Assembly: GCA_047495785.1 (NCBI GenBank)
Contig: JBLDXI010000043.1
Location: forward strand, 124,001-188,000
DNA from: Lepidodermella squamata
Lineage: Eukaryota > Animalia > Gastrotricha
Direction: 5' to 3'
DNA length: 64,000 nt
The translations under genes were made by a program, and so were the position numbers. The notes under the pieces are model-generated. The model had not been told where the DNA came from and did no database searches. It saw only the letters and a program-made list of their open reading frames with translations. Positions 1 to 12,822 of the stretch are shown piece by piece (position 1 is the first letter of the stretch; each line of letters begins with the position of its first letter).

Positions 1-5
1 ATACG

Positions 6-452
6 ATGCATACCCTAGTTTTGGACATGATTAAAGCGAAGGATCTAGCGACTGTTGCGTCGCAACTGACGCAGATGAGCGCACCCGCTGGGCAGCCGCA
101 GAACACCCTGAAGCACGTGACGTACTTCGTAAGGGCGCGGATCTATGAATCGAACGCCCTGATCAAGGAGAAACGGACCTCTGAGCGGAAGGTGACTGAG
201 GAGGTCCTGAATGAGTCGCTGACCTTCAATCTAGAACGGCGGAATATTCGGAATATAACCGCGGAGTTTACGCTGTTTGTAAAGACTAGGAAGGAGGAGC
301 GGCAGTTGGGGTGGTTCAGCCTGGGCGCGACTTCGAGCGGCCAGACGGAGAAGGAGCATTGGGCTAACATGTTGAGGTCCCACGCGTCGCCGGTCGTGCA
401 GTGGCTTCACTTTAAACAACCCGCGTCTCCGAACTCACCAATGCTTGAATAA
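6..452 (+). CDS. C-terminal C2 (C2B) domain, synaptotagmin-14/16-like; probably the 3' part of a gene starting upstream of the window
   Basis: LVLDMIKAKDL ... KEKRT ... VLNESLTF ... LGWFSLGATSSGQTEKEHWANML ... VVQW matches the C2B end pattern of Ca-independent synaptotagmins; the acidic Ca-binding loops are not evident. Confidence 0.7.
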   Translation: MHTLVLDMIKAKDLATVASQLTQMSAPAGQPQNTLKHVTYFVRARIYESNALIKEKRTSERKVTEEVLNESLTFNLERRNIRNITAEFTLFVKTRKEERQLGWFSLGATSSGQTEKEHWANMLRSHASPVVQWLHFKQPASPNSPMLE

Positions 453-2048
453 TTCTTTTTTAGAAAAATCACTCACCCGTGACGGGAATTCGCATCCAGT
501 CAACCGTGACCGGAACCAGGGTCAGTCAACCGTGACGGGCTTCGGATACCTTTATAAATAGCGATTTTAAAATCCATATAGAGTAAAAATTGTCTGATAT
601 TGTTTCGTCCCTTGATGGCTGAAAATGTCCTAACTTTTCCGAAGATTTTCTGAAAATCAACTTGATATTTGATGTTGGCAACTTGATTATCGTCTTTTTT
701 CTCTCTCTATCCGATGATGTGATACAAGTTGTTTATTCTTACTAGTGGATTATTATTTACAATGTGACAGATTACATAATATAGCGTATCTCGATCCTTC
801 TTTTTTTATGATTAATGAACACATCGAATGTGAGTAGTCATCGGTCACAGCGTTTTTCTTCACTGAATTTTTGAAGACAATTATCTCCGGATCCTAATTT
901 TTGTTAAATTTGGAAATGACTCTTGAAATTCGAGGAATTATTGCGAATTTTGTAAATATTTATAAATTGTATCCGGGAATTTATTGAAAATTCGACAGAA
1001 TAAATTTTTGATTTTATATACATCTCGAGCGCATTTGATTTTATCCTATGATTGAGGCTGAAAAACTATGCCTACTGGAGAAGCGTTTCTGTATGTTTGG
1101 ACAATAGTGAAACACTTGTTAAGTACAGTTTCAGGGTCGATTTTTTAGCATGGATTTTCCTGTTCCCTTGATAAAAATTGGGGAGGATCACTTGTCCTTG
1201 CACTCTTCAGCTGCGTATCACCGAGTTTTCAGCAGCAGCGCCTTTTTCAACGGGGATTTCATCTGCTCTCAGAAAAAGGATTTTACCATGAGTAAAAGGC
1301 GATTTCAAAAATTCTTTTACAGTGCAAAGAAAGTCCGTAAAAAAGTGAAAGTAGAGATGCTGAATGGAATGGCCTTTTGAGAATTTTTGTAGCCATCATA
1401 GTTTCCAAATTACGATTTGCAGCCACTCAGTCAAGTAGCAAGCAATCGGTCCCTGGTTTCAAGAGAGTAGATGGCATAGTGGTGAGATTGGCTGGTTAAG
1501 GAGTGGGAGAACGGTGGTTTAAATATCACTTGCCACAACCTCCACAAATTTTATTTTGGCTGAATTTAATTTCCCTTGAATTGAGGCATTTCCGAACATG
1601 AGCCGGGGTTGTTTTCGGGGGTTATCTCAGGTCAAGATTAACCACGCCCACATGTAAACGCTTCTTATCTCCGGCTCCGAACAGCACAGAGCACTGAGCT
1701 ATTATTTGAAATCGCCCCCAAAGAGCTGTTAGCTGTTACCGACACAGTCAGTTTTGGCTTTGTCTCTATGTCGTCTAAAAGATAAAAGCTCATATAATCA
1801 TAACATAAATATGTCTCTTATGATTCCTCTTAAAATGCGTGGCTGTAGCCGCGTGGGGCGCCTTATCTAGAAACTACCCTCGCTTATCTTGCACAGCTTA
1901 TTGCATAGCATCCATCAAAATAACACTGAAAATGACCCACTCGATAAGATAATGCTTGGGAATACGACTGCTAGTTTCGAATGCCTGAGTTGAGTTTATA
2001 TCACATTTTGCAGCACACTGCTTATTCAAATCACACTTTCAGCTTAAA

Positions 2049-5000
2049 ATGGACTCGGTGTTCCACTCGATTCATCAGTTCAAGCGGATCAAACCATTGG
2101 GTTCTGGAACCTTCGGATCGGTTTACCACAGCCAATTACTGGGCGATTTTGCAGATTATGCCGTTAAAAGGGTGAATCTGAGTGCTATTCGACGGAATTA
2201 CGGGGCCGATCCGAGAAACTCGAAAAGGGCTGAGAAACTTGTCCGAATGAGCCGCGAAGAGGTAGGTTTGATCTGTTTGGCGCACTTGAAACAAGCACTT
2301 TTTTATTCTATCGGCGCAGCATATAAAGTTTCTCAATTTGTCGCACCCTAACGTTGTCACAGTACATGGCGCGTTCGAAGGTCAGCTGTCAAATGGCATT
2401 CGAATTTGTAACAATTGAAGCGTGATATATTTTGTTATTTTACAGAACTGTTGGATGATAAAGATGAAACAAACCCTTACGAAAAAGCGTGGGAAATCGG
2501 TGACGAGATGTACTACCTTGTGATGGAATTCTATCCTGAAGGGGATTTAGCCGCTTACGTGGAAAAAACGAAGAAGGCAAATGAAGTTATTACTGAAAAC
2601 CTGCTTCGAGACTGGACTCGCCAGCTTGTTTCGGCTGTCGCTGCAATGCATCATCGCGGCGCACTTCATCGCGATATCAAGCCAGAAAATATTTTCGTGT
2701 GCAACAATGGAAAAACTGTAAAATTGGGGGACTTCGGATTAGTTAAAATCTATGATGAGTATGCCCGTCACATATTGGCTTGTAGAAAAATATAACGACA
2801 GCACTATTCTTATCTAGGTCGTCCAAAAGCGCAACGCAAAAAATCGGAACGCCCATCTACGCTGCACCTGAAGTTTTGAAAGATGAGAAGCCCTCGCCTG
2901 CTAGTGATTGGTGGTCCCTTGGAGTCACTTTGCTCGAATTGGCTAACCTCCGCAGAACAGTAAGCACTTGAAATGGAAAATTGTCAAATAGTAATTGTGA
3001 TTTTACGTTTGAAGTCGACTTTAGACATAACCTTGTAAGCTTTAATACATGCTTGCGCTTAGAGTTACTCAGCAGTTATGTTACGTTCACAAACTGCTTC
3101 GGAGACGTGTCCGAAGTTTTAGCCTCCGAAGTTTCGTAATCGCTCTCCGAAGTTGCGTAATCGCTGACCGAAGTTGTAGATTTTCGTTCACAAACGCGCG
3201 CACTTCGGACTGCGCGGCCGAAGTTAGAACAATGGGCGGCGCGAGCGCACTGAACAAAGGACGCGCACAAACTTCAGTTCGGAGAGCCCCACAACTGCTC
3301 TCCGAAGCGTCTCCGAACCGAAGTTTGTGCGAGTCCTAAGTTATTACGTAGGCACGCGCGCGCGCGGCCACTTGACAGCGCGAGGTAGGGCGACGACATA
3401 AATTAACTGTTCCTGTGGCACCTTTAATTCGTATTATTGGCTATAAATGACTAAAATGACGTAAATCGCAAGTCAATTTCAAAATTTCCTATATGAAACG
3501 CGCACATTAAAATTATTCTTTAAAATTCAATATAGAAATTATCGGGCGGCATTAAAAATAGCTTCTAGTGCGCGTTCAAAAAAAATCAATTTAATTTTTT
3601 AATTATTCTGAAAAATGGCGAAATTTAGCTTTTTGTTATCGTCGTCACGTTTCGCATCTTATTATTTTGGAATTTTGAGAATTCAAGTGAAATTGAAAAA
3701 AATTCGTGTCTACCCTGCGACCCCCTTCTCTAGTTTGGGCGCGCTCACACTCAGTGCGCGCACTCGAAATTGTCGGCCCGCAAACAATAGAAACTTCGGA
3801 CGACTCATGTCGCGCGCGCGCGGAAATTGCCACTGATAACGTCACCGAAGTTTCGCTTGAGTCTTCCGAAGTTTCAAGTTCGGTCTCCGAAGACACCCTC
3901 TCGGAAGTTAGTTTGTGGACGCACCATTAGATTTGTTTTAGCCTCACGCCTAACCTTGCATGTACAGCAGTATTATTTTCTCTTTTTACTATAGGAGCTC
4001 CGCGCCGATTACGCTTGACCGACCCACTCTTTATTCAGCTGATTTCCTTAGCTTCATTCGATCCATGCTGATAACTGACAGAAGGCAGAGAGCAGCTGGA
4101 AGTGACTTGCTTGAGAGCTCTTTTCTGACCCAGGCTGAGAATGCATCCAATGCAGCTTCGAAGGTAAGCCATTGAATTGTCAATTGCATTTGTCTATGTC
4201 TGTATTGTCTTATAGTCTTTAATTGAATACGCGAAACTAAGGCAGAACTTACCAGAAATTGAGAAATTACTTGGGGATGAGCAGTTGAATTTAAATGTGG
4301 ACAATACGAACGACGAAGGCTTAACGTTACTGATGGTTGGTGCTCAAGCAGGATTCGTTGAATTAATGAAGCCTTTAGTGGAGAAATATAAAGCTGAAGT
4401 TGAATTAGCAGACGCCCAGGGCCGAACCTCGCTATTCATTGCTGCTCAGAACGGGCATTTCCAGGTTGTCCACGTTCTTGCCAAAGAATTAGGAGCCAAT
4501 GTTTGTGCCGCAAATAATGACGGAGCAACACCGTTATTCATAGCCGCCCAGAAGGGTCACGTGGAGACCACGAATCTTTTGGCTGGAGATTTAAAAGCCG
4601 ATTTGAATAAAGCGACGAATGATGGTGCCACGCCGTTATACGTCGCCGCTCACGAGGGTCACTTCGAGATTGTCAAGCTTCTAGCTGGCGTCTTCCGTGC
4701 CGATGTGAATGCATCGAAAAAAAATGGCGCGACCCCATTGTATAGCGCTGCTCAGAATGGTCACTTCGAAATCGTGAAGCTTCTAGCTGAAGACTTCAAA
4801 GCCGATGTGAATGCAGCAATGCGTGATTTTACTACGCCGTTATGGATCGCCGCACAGAATGGTCATTTAGAAATTGTGAAGCTTTTGGCTGGAGAGTTCA
4901 AAGCCGATGCAAACGCAAGGAGAGAAGATGACTCGACGCCGTTATTCATCGCGGCTCAGAATGGTCACTTCGAAATTGTAAAGCTTCTAGCCGGGGACTT

Positions 5001-6579
5001 GAAAGTCAATGTAAATGCAGCAAGACAAGACGGTTCAACGCCGTTGCACATTGCTTCTCAGAATGGTCACTCGGATATCGTGAAGCTTCTAGCGGTAGAG
5101 CTCAAAGCTGATGCGCATGCAACAACAAAAAATGGTGCGACGCCTTTGTATGGAGCTGCTTGCAATGGCAATATTGAAATCGTGAAGCTTCTGGCTGGAT
5201 ACTTCAACTCCGATGTGCATGCAGCGAAAAAAAATGGCGCGACACCATTGTATGGGGCTGCTCGAAATGGTCATTTGGAAATAGTGAAGCTTCTAGCTGG
5301 ATACTATAACGCCGATGTGAATGCACCGCTCAATGACCGTTCTACGCCGTTATTTATCGCTGCACAGGATGGTCACTTGGAGATCACGATTCTCCTGGCT
5401 GGTAACTTAAAAGCCGATGTTAATGCAGCGACGAAGGATGGTGCTACACCGTTATACATTGCTGCTCAGAATGGTCACTTGGAAATTGTGAAGCGTTTAG
5501 CCGGAGAGTTCCGAGCCAATGTGAGAGCTGCAAAAAGAAACGGAACGACGGCGCTTTGGATCGCTGCTCAGAATGGTCACTTGGAAATCGTGAAGCTTCT
5601 AGCTGGTGAGTTAAAAGCCGACATGAATGCAGCGAGGGAAGACGATTCAACGCCGTTATTCATCGCTGCTCAGAACGGGCATTTTGAGATAGTGAAGCTT
5701 CTTGTTAGTGAGTTCAAAGTCTATGTAAATACAGTGACCATTGAAGGTGCTACGCCGTTATACATCGCTGCACAGAATGGTTACCTGGAAATTGTGAAGC
5801 TTTTGGCTGGAGAATTCGGAGCCGATGTAAGAGCACCAAAAAAAAACGGTACCACGCCGCTATGGATCGCCGCACAGAATGGTCATTTAGAAATTGTGAA
5901 GTTTTTGGCTGAAAAATTCAAAACCGATGCAAACGTTAGGAGAGAAGATGACTCGACGCCGTTATTTATCGCTGCCCAGAATGGTCACTTGGAAATCGTG
6001 AAGCTTCTAGCTGAGGAATTCAATGTCGATGTACATGCAGCGGTCAATGATGGCAGTGTTAATGACGGTGCCACGCCGTTATACGTCGCCGCTCATGAGG
6101 GTCACTTCGAGATCGTAAAGCTTCTAGCTGGCGTCTTCCGTGCCGATGTGAATGCATCGAAAAAAAATGGCGCGACCCCATTGTATAGCGCTGCTCAGAA
6201 TGGTCACTTCGACATCGTGAAGCTTCTAGCTGAAGACTTCAAGGCGGATGTAGATGCATCGCTTTATGATGGCACAACGCCTTTATACATCGCTGCTGAG
6301 AGAGGACACTTCGAAATCGTGAAGCTGTTGGCTTCATCCCTCAACGGAGATGTTAACCTGGCGAGAGACACTGGAGCGACGCCGTTGATGATCGCTTCAT
6401 TTGCTGGACACCACGCAATTGTAGATTTGCTGCTGAATGCGCATGGGATAGATGTAAATACTCGACTGCTCAAGTCCGGATGGACAGCTTTAGCTGCAGC
6501 CATGAACTGCGAGAAAAACGTGTCGCCTGGGGACAGGAGGAAAACCATCGAGATTCTACGCAAGGCTGGAGCTGTGTAA
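2049..6579 (+). CDS. Multi-exon NEK-like Ser/Thr kinase + ~22 ankyrin repeats (paralog 1)
   Basis: GSGTFG, YAVK, REE, HRDIKPEN, DFG, YAAPE and DWWSLG across GT-AG exons, including a 20-nt microexon at 3015-3034. Terminal exon ~4216-6579 has 34-aa TPLxxAAxxGHxEIVKLL repeats. Confidence 0.88.
3060..3950. repeat. Intronic insertion rich in CCGAAG/CTTCGG and CGCGCG motifs, probable non-autonomous DNA transposon
   Basis: Many ccgaagtt/aacttcgg motifs in both orientations enlarge an intron that is only ~70-100 bp in the paralogs; termini not resolved. Confidence 0.45.
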
Positions 6580-6870
6580 CCTCGGGTGCTGCCACAACTT
6601 CACTCTATCCCGTGGAATAAGTAGGATTATAACCTACTTATGACAGATTAAATCGGGTACTAATATATGCGATATATGATTAGATTTTTCTCTTGTAATC
6701 CCAAGCCATTTCCAATCCTGTTGATTTTATTTGTTGAAAAATGACTTTTCAACGAATTCATTAATGAAATGATTTATTTGTTTCTCGTCCCAGCGACTTG
6801 ACGTCTGTAGCCTTTCGAACCAAAAAATGTAGCCACTCACCCCCACAGCCGAGAAAATCTTACTTCTGTT

Positions 6871-7048
6871 CAGGCGCGTAGCCAGACGTCGATCACTGGG
6901 GGGGGGGGGGGGGTGTACATTCAAAAAAGCTGAAAAACTTTGGTCATCATCGATGCTGATCGCGTGCAGCTGTTAATGAAAAATTTCTTTTTCCCCAATC
7001 GACCGGGGATGCATTAGCACCCAATGCACCCCCCTGGCTACGCTTCTG
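6871..7048. mobile_element. hAT-like MITE
   Basis: TIR caggcgcgtagccag / ctggctacgcttctg; 8-bp TSD cttctgtt at 6863-6870 and 7049-7056. Confidence 0.8.
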
Positions 7049-8068
7049 CTTCTGTTGTAGAATTCAAAATCTTCCAGAGACTCGACTATTTTTCGTCATT
7101 CAACTCGATCTAATGCCGTTGTTTCGGTAATTGTCCAGTCAACAGTTTTTCGGAGATTTCGGTTACATCACAACCATCTTTACGGGGTCTGCCACGGGAC
7201 CTGTCGGTTTTTTTCTTATTATATTTTCTGTTGTAAAACCTAATTTACTTGAACTTATTTCGACCGCATCTAGCCATCTAATTCAAGGTTTTCCCATCGG
7301 TCTCTTCCATTCCTTAGGCGCAACCCACCTATAAAGGTCGTAGACTGGTCCCAGTGGTATCGGTTCACCTTTATCGTCGACATTGGTCTCCATTCTTATT
7401 TCATAACCTAGGTAATACATTTTTGCTTTTAAATTAATCTACCGGCTTCGATAATGTCACCGCACATTCATTGTGGAACCACTAAAAAGAACTTTGGCGC
7501 GCACGCTAATTGGTCGATTGATCGTTGCTATGACTCTGAGATGAAACATTTCCGTCCTGCGATCCACTAATAAATTACTTTATATTTAGGCAAAAATGAC
7601 CTTGCCACACCCTCTGCACGGTTTCCATTGACCACGAGCGTAAACTCCATATATTAATCGTGGCAAATTACTGCGGCAAAAAACACTTGTTGCAAAAAAT
7701 GTTAGGGAATCAACGAATACAATTTTTCGATAATTATATATTTCGAACATTATTTAATTTGGTGAAAAATTAGTCTCATTCGTAAAAAATTCTGACGCTG
7801 TGACTGGCGGTTTCAGCTAAAGGGCGGATCGAGGTTTTTCATATGAGCGCTTCAAGATTGAGATTGAGCGCACGTTTGGTTTCTCGTCAATGGCAAAACT
7901 TCATAGCTGCAGCTGTACATTAGCTGTACATCAACAAGAGAGTCGAAACTACACGCTCAGAAATTGGACGCCACGAGACGCCCACACTTCATCGTCAATA
8001 ATCACATTTTCGCGCTGAGATTCTCCGTGGGTGGTGATTCCATGTCTGATATGTAGGTATTTGATATG

Positions 8069-8469
8069 TAGGGTAAGGTTACCTAAAGCTGCATAAATGT
8101 TTTCGACTTTTGTCATACACTTGCTATTCATCAGCTATGAGATTCCCCTGGCTCATCTTTTTGACCATCAAGATTCCGAACCGAAATTGGTAGGCTAATT
8201 CCTCACCGTTACCGAGCTATTGTTGCAGTTTAGGTTCAGAAGTGAAACTTTTATGCAATATAGGGCACATCTCGTGATAATATCTCTCGTCGGTGCCCTC
8301 GGCACGATGGCTCGGTAACGGTGATGAATTAGCTCATGGAAAACTTTGAGCCTACTCATTTCGGTTCGGAATCTTGATTGTCAGAAGATGAGCCAACGGA
8401 ACCTCATGGCTGAGGAATAGCAAGTGTATGACAAAAGTTCTACATGCATATTTAGGTAACCTTGCCCTA
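8069..8469. mobile_element. TA-flanked MITE with long imperfect inverted repeats
   Basis: tagggtaaggttacctaaa...tgtcatacacttgctattc...ttccgaaccgaaat...caccgttaccgag is mirrored by ctcggtaacggtg...atttcggttcggaa...gaatagcaagtgtatgaca...tttaggtaaccttgcccta. Confidence 0.8.
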
Positions 8470-8481
8470 ATTTATTTGATC

Positions 8482-11223
8482 ATGTCATCGCTTGAAGGTC
8501 CGTATTTAAATCGTCGGCTCCAGGCGGCCAATGCGCTGCAGCTTATGCAGGAGACGTCCGGAAAAATCGATTTGCAAATACCAGTTTTTGCACTGGTCGG
8601 CCTGCAAACTGCAGGCAAATCCCGGATGCTATCGTACTTGGCTCGGCGCAAGATCGGCGGCGCTGAACAGCATAACACTGGCACGCGATGTCCTGTTGTT
8701 TACGAGTTCCAGCATGGAACTGACAAGGCAGAATTCGGCACGTCCAGTCTAATGGAAGCAGTTGAGCCGAAGCAAATCCATGAAAAAGTAACCGAGCATA
8801 TGCGAAAGCTGGAAAAAACCGGCTTTTCCGAAGAACCGATCTATGTGAAAATTTCCCATCCAGAATCGCTAAATGCTGTCATTATTGATCTACCTGGTCT
8901 CAAGCCTCAGTATGTGGACGGAGCCGACGAGGCGAATGCAACTATCAGCCAAATGATTAGAAGATGCCTTACAAAAGCAAATACAATTCCTCTTGTACTC
9001 ACGGCGATTCCTCAAAACTTCGATATGGAAGTTCTTTTAGGTGATATGCAACTGCTGCTGCTGGCGTGTAGCGATAACCCCAGCGCACTAGCAAAGAAGT
9101 CCATTTTGCTGGCATCTAGACTTGATTCTTTGCCGAAATCGTTGAGGCGGAAACATATCCAAGAATTCATCTCATTGGCATGTGAAGCAGGGTTTTCTCC
9201 GAATAATGTCATGTTCTGCACGCTGGTTCCAGAACTGTTGAATCCAAACTGCACACGGCTGCTAGCTGAAAGTTCAGCATCTTATGAGCAGCTCACGAGA
9301 TATTTTCAGCATGATGCTCCAGAACAAGAACAAGAATGGTTGCCGATAAGGGTAGCGAGCTTTGAGATCAGACAGGATGAATTCAGCTTCAGCATGAAAG
9401 CCATTACAAACCGAATCGAGCAAACGATTGCTGACGCTTTTGATGCCTATTTTGCCTCATGCGTTGAGAAAATGCGGGAGCTAGGGCGAGATCTCGACCG
9501 GAAATACAACGAATTGTTCAGGGAGCACGAGGCTGAATCTTTCAATCGGCGAGTTCGTGATTATGTTTCTGCAGCCGTAGCAATGCTAGCAGGGATGGGT
9601 ACAAATGATCCTTATCAGGTCCTGAGAGCCCTTAAAGAGCTAAAAACAAAATACCCACAATCTGTGGACATCGGCGATGAAAGTTTCGCGGATGAACTGG
9701 TTGCCTCGGTAGCTAAACCATTTGACCAAGAGAGAGCAATGGTCAGCAAAGAGCGTTCAACGGCCAACTTGCAGTTCATGGACGACCCAGCGATTCTTGA
9801 AGAGCTGGAACACTTGCAAAGAGGCAAGGAGTTTCACGAAAATGTATGTGCTAAAATCGGCGGGGACGCAGCGATAATTCGTCTAATGGCTACGTTTGGA
9901 TATGCCACCATGTTGCGAAAGCTGCGGAATTTCACCGCAGATGAAGTCGTAGGCTTGGGAACCTCTCCTGACAACAACGCTGTCAGCGGATTTAACACAG
10001 CTTATGCGTTGTGTGAAATGGTTAATCATCTGAAGACAAGTACAACTGCTTTCAACGAGCTTATAAGTTGGTCAGTTTGGCTATACACATCGCAAACTCC
10101 AGCGGTGTGTGCTGAGCTCAGGAAACGCGTTTTCTTCATGGAAAGCTACCCGAGAATGGTTGACTATATCGATTGCTTGATTACCGAACGATACGCACAG
10201 GTCTTCAGTAAATTGGCTGCTAAAATTAATGTTGAGGCTGACGCTCACACCAATAGGAGATATTCTATTCTGCGAGTCGACGACCTGACCGCGCCGATAA
10301 ATTTACTCGTCTGCTGTAATCTTACACGTGTCTTGCCACATGAAGCTGCTAAAGAAGATGATAAACATATATCAATTAAGGAAGAGGTTCTACACAAAAT
10401 TGAACCCGCCATTGTTACCCCTGCTCATGAAGAAGACACTGCTCTGCACGATGCGTCTGCAATCATTCATAACGTCCTACCACCTCCGATAAGAGGGGCG
10501 CGATGGACGCCATGCGACGCGGCGAATCGTCACGTCCAGCACGCCCATCACACCTTTGACTTCTTTGCTGACGTGAGAAAGATTTCACCGATCGAATTAA
10601 TGATGAATGAAGATTCAAAGTTCGTCAATTTGACGCGCAACCAAGTCAGAAGATATATTGATAAATTGAATGCGACTGCGCATATGTTGGCTAGATATAA
10701 TAACGGCTCGGCCAATCGTGAGATTGTTAGCCTAATCCAATGCAATCTTGTCCGTCGCATTCCACATCTGCACCAGATATTTCTGATGCAAATTATGGGA
10801 CATGTGGACAAGCTGCTGAAAATTGAAGACTTCAAACCGCTTTTGCGATCCTTACAATGCTCAAACATCTCAATCGAACGAAAGAAACAGTTAGCTAAAC
10901 AGACAAGAATCTGGCTTGAGGTGGCCGAAAAGCTAAATGACTGCTTGAAGGAAACATGCGCCTCCCTACCAACAGTCAGACTGAATCGGCATCTAGTTCG
11001 TCTTACAAGGGAAATCGAAGAAGATGAGAAGTTTATAGCGATGGATTTTGGTCAGATAGCTAAAACCATCGAGAATTTCGATCCACTAGACGAAAAAAGC
11101 GCTGATTTCGAAACTGCAGAAGCAGAAATCTTTCGCTTAAAACGAGAAAACGCGGCTCTACGGCGCACGATCGAACAGCTCGGAAGTGCCCCCCAACAAG
11201 CCGGTACTCTGGAGAATGAATGA
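8482..11223 (+). CDS. Intronless dynamin-superfamily (Mx/DRP-like) GTPase, ~913 aa
   Basis: G1 VGLQTAGKS, G2 GTRCP, G3 IIDLPG and G4-like SRLD, then a long helical region and C-terminal coiled coil. ATG 8482 is preferred because ATG 8428 lies inside the MITE. Confidence 0.85.
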   Translation: MSSLEGPYLNRRLQAANALQLMQETSGKIDLQIPVFALVGLQTAGKSRMLSYLARRKIGGAEQHNTGTRCPVVYEFQHGTDKAEFGTSSLMEAVEPKQIHEKVTEHMRKLEKTGFSEEPIYVKISHPESLNAVIIDLPGLKPQYVDGADEANATISQMIRRCLTKANTIPLVLTAIPQNFDMEVLLGDMQLLLLACSDNPSALAKKSILLASRLDSLPKSLRRKHIQEFISLACEAGFSPNNVMFCTLVPELLNPNCTRLLAESSASYEQLTRYFQHDAPEQEQEWLPIRVASFEIRQDEFSFSMKAITNRIEQTIADAFDAYFASCVEKMRELGRDLDRKYNELFREHEAESFNRRVRDYVSAAVAMLAGMGTNDPYQVLRALKELKTKYPQSVDIGDESFADELVASVAKPFDQERAMVSKERSTANLQFMDDPAILEELEHLQRGKEFHENVCAKIGGDAAIIRLMATFGYATMLRKLRNFTADEVVGLGTSPDNNAVSGFNTAYALCEMVNHLKTSTTAFNELISWSVWLYTSQTPAVCAELRKRVFFMESYPRMVDYIDCLITERYAQVFSKLAAKINVEADAHTNRRYSILRVDDLTAPINLLVCCNLTRVLPHEAAKEDDKHISIKEEVLHKIEPAIVTPAHEEDTALHDASAIIHNVLPPPIRGARWTPCDAANRHVQHAHHTFDFFADVRKISPIELMMNEDSKFVNLTRNQVRRYIDKLNATAHMLARYNNGSANREIVSLIQCNLVRRIPHLHQIFLMQIMGHVDKLLKIEDFKPLLRSLQCSNISIERKKQLAKQTRIWLEVAEKLNDCLKETCASLPTVRLNRHLVRLTREIEEDEKFIAMDFGQIAKTIENFDPLDEKSADFETAEAEIFRLKRENAALRRTIEQLGSAPQQAGTLENE

Positions 11224-12822
11224 AAGACATCATATACTTACCTATCAAGCTTGTTTATATCCAAGTTCAGTTGGGCAACTGCTTTCAGCTGATTCACCAA
11301 GGATGATCGTACAATCCTAGTTATTGTTGACAGTTGTAATGTATGGTGACCGCGCAAATGTATACTTAGTCCATGCTGTCGTAAATTTCATCCCTCATCA
11401 TATTGCAAGTCAAAAAATCCTCCTGCATGCGTCTTGTTTATTTCGAATTGTCTGTTTAATAGTTTATTAAAAATAGCTTTAATAAATAGCTCCCTTTTAA
11501 TTTGGTTGCTTTTTTGGGTTGCTTCTCAATTAAAATATTACTTAGCAACGCGGCGTAGCAAAGGGGCTTTTTGCGGTTCGTTATCGCCAACTGTTGCATG
11601 AGCAAAACACCTCCCTCTCCTCTCACATCTCGTATTGCTTGAGGTGCGTTTGTCGAAATGCCCGAACTTCGTTTGTTTCCGATTGTGATCAAGTTTTTGC
11701 GCATTCGCGCAGCAAAATAATAGCTGCACACAACAATCACACAAGAAAAAGGCAGCTGATTAGCTCGGAACAAAAGTGGAGTCAACTATAGTGCAACTTC
11801 TTTTCCTCTTTATGCCCGTTGTTGGTTGTTAAACGTTTCATCAGCAGCCGCTCATCGCTAATCGCTTTTTCGACACTTGAGCATTGAGAAAATACTCATT
11901 CACCAATAATTCACTGATGGCATTGGTTCCTACGTGGATACGTGGAATAAACGTTTTTCAATATTTTAGTGCATGTTGTTGTACATGTTGTAGTGGGGGC
12001 TTTGAATAAAGGCCCGGATACAGTTGAATTAGTGGACGAGTGCAACTTCGGAGCGGTAACCTATTCAATCATAAAACAGTCGATACCAGTTCGATAGGGA
12101 ATTCGTTTTCTTTTTTCAGCTGGACGGCGGCACGGCTTGATCTCTTAATTCTTTACAGATATATGTTTTTTATCTCAGCACTTAAAATTGAGCGATAAAT
12201 CAGAACTTTAATTTTAGAATGGTCATGATCTTGTTGAAGGGTTGAGAGCAGATAAAGTTGGCATTCACCAGCCACCAGCCAAACTCGCTCGGGGTTTCAG
12301 ATCAGAGGGAAATTTCATTTCTCTATGACTAGCTATAGAATAATCCTTTATTCCCACATACGCATGGTTAAATTTTGCCATGGAGAAACATATGTTTCTC
12401 TATGGTTAGAAATATTTCTCTATGACAACCAATAATTTCTCTTTGGGTTGAAACTGCCACAAATTTGGGCAGCATTTTGCTCGGAATCGGCCTCAAAACC
12501 CCCAGAAAAAAGCGATCTGGAACCCCTCTCTGGAACCCCGAGTGAGTTTGGCGCAGCCAAACGAATCGAGGGCTTCCAGATCGGGGGGAAATTATATTTC
12601 TCCATGGTTTGCCATAGAGTATTCCCTTATTACGGTCTCTGTACTGCCCGAACTGAAATATTTCTGATGTAAAGCCGTGTAAACTGAAGTAAAACTTGAC
12701 CTGATGTAAACGCCTGTATTTCGAGGGAAAAAAAGACATCCGTTGCCATCAGTTTACATTGCTTTTTATTCTTTCCTCGTACTTCAGTCTACATTTGCAA
12801 AATTTCTCAGGAACCGGGCTCC

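Noticed and set aside
1465-1540. tRNA gene (tggcatagtgg A-box-like)
   Set aside because: B box and stems are too degenerate to support a call.
3028-3958. 8-bp direct repeat taaccttg as a TSD
   Set aside because: The left copy overlaps the microexon and its splice donor, and no matching TIRs lie just inside; unresolved and possibly chance.
8428-8481. N-terminal 18 aa of the 931-aa ORF
   Set aside because: Mostly within the MITE right arm; ATG 8482 is the more plausible native start.
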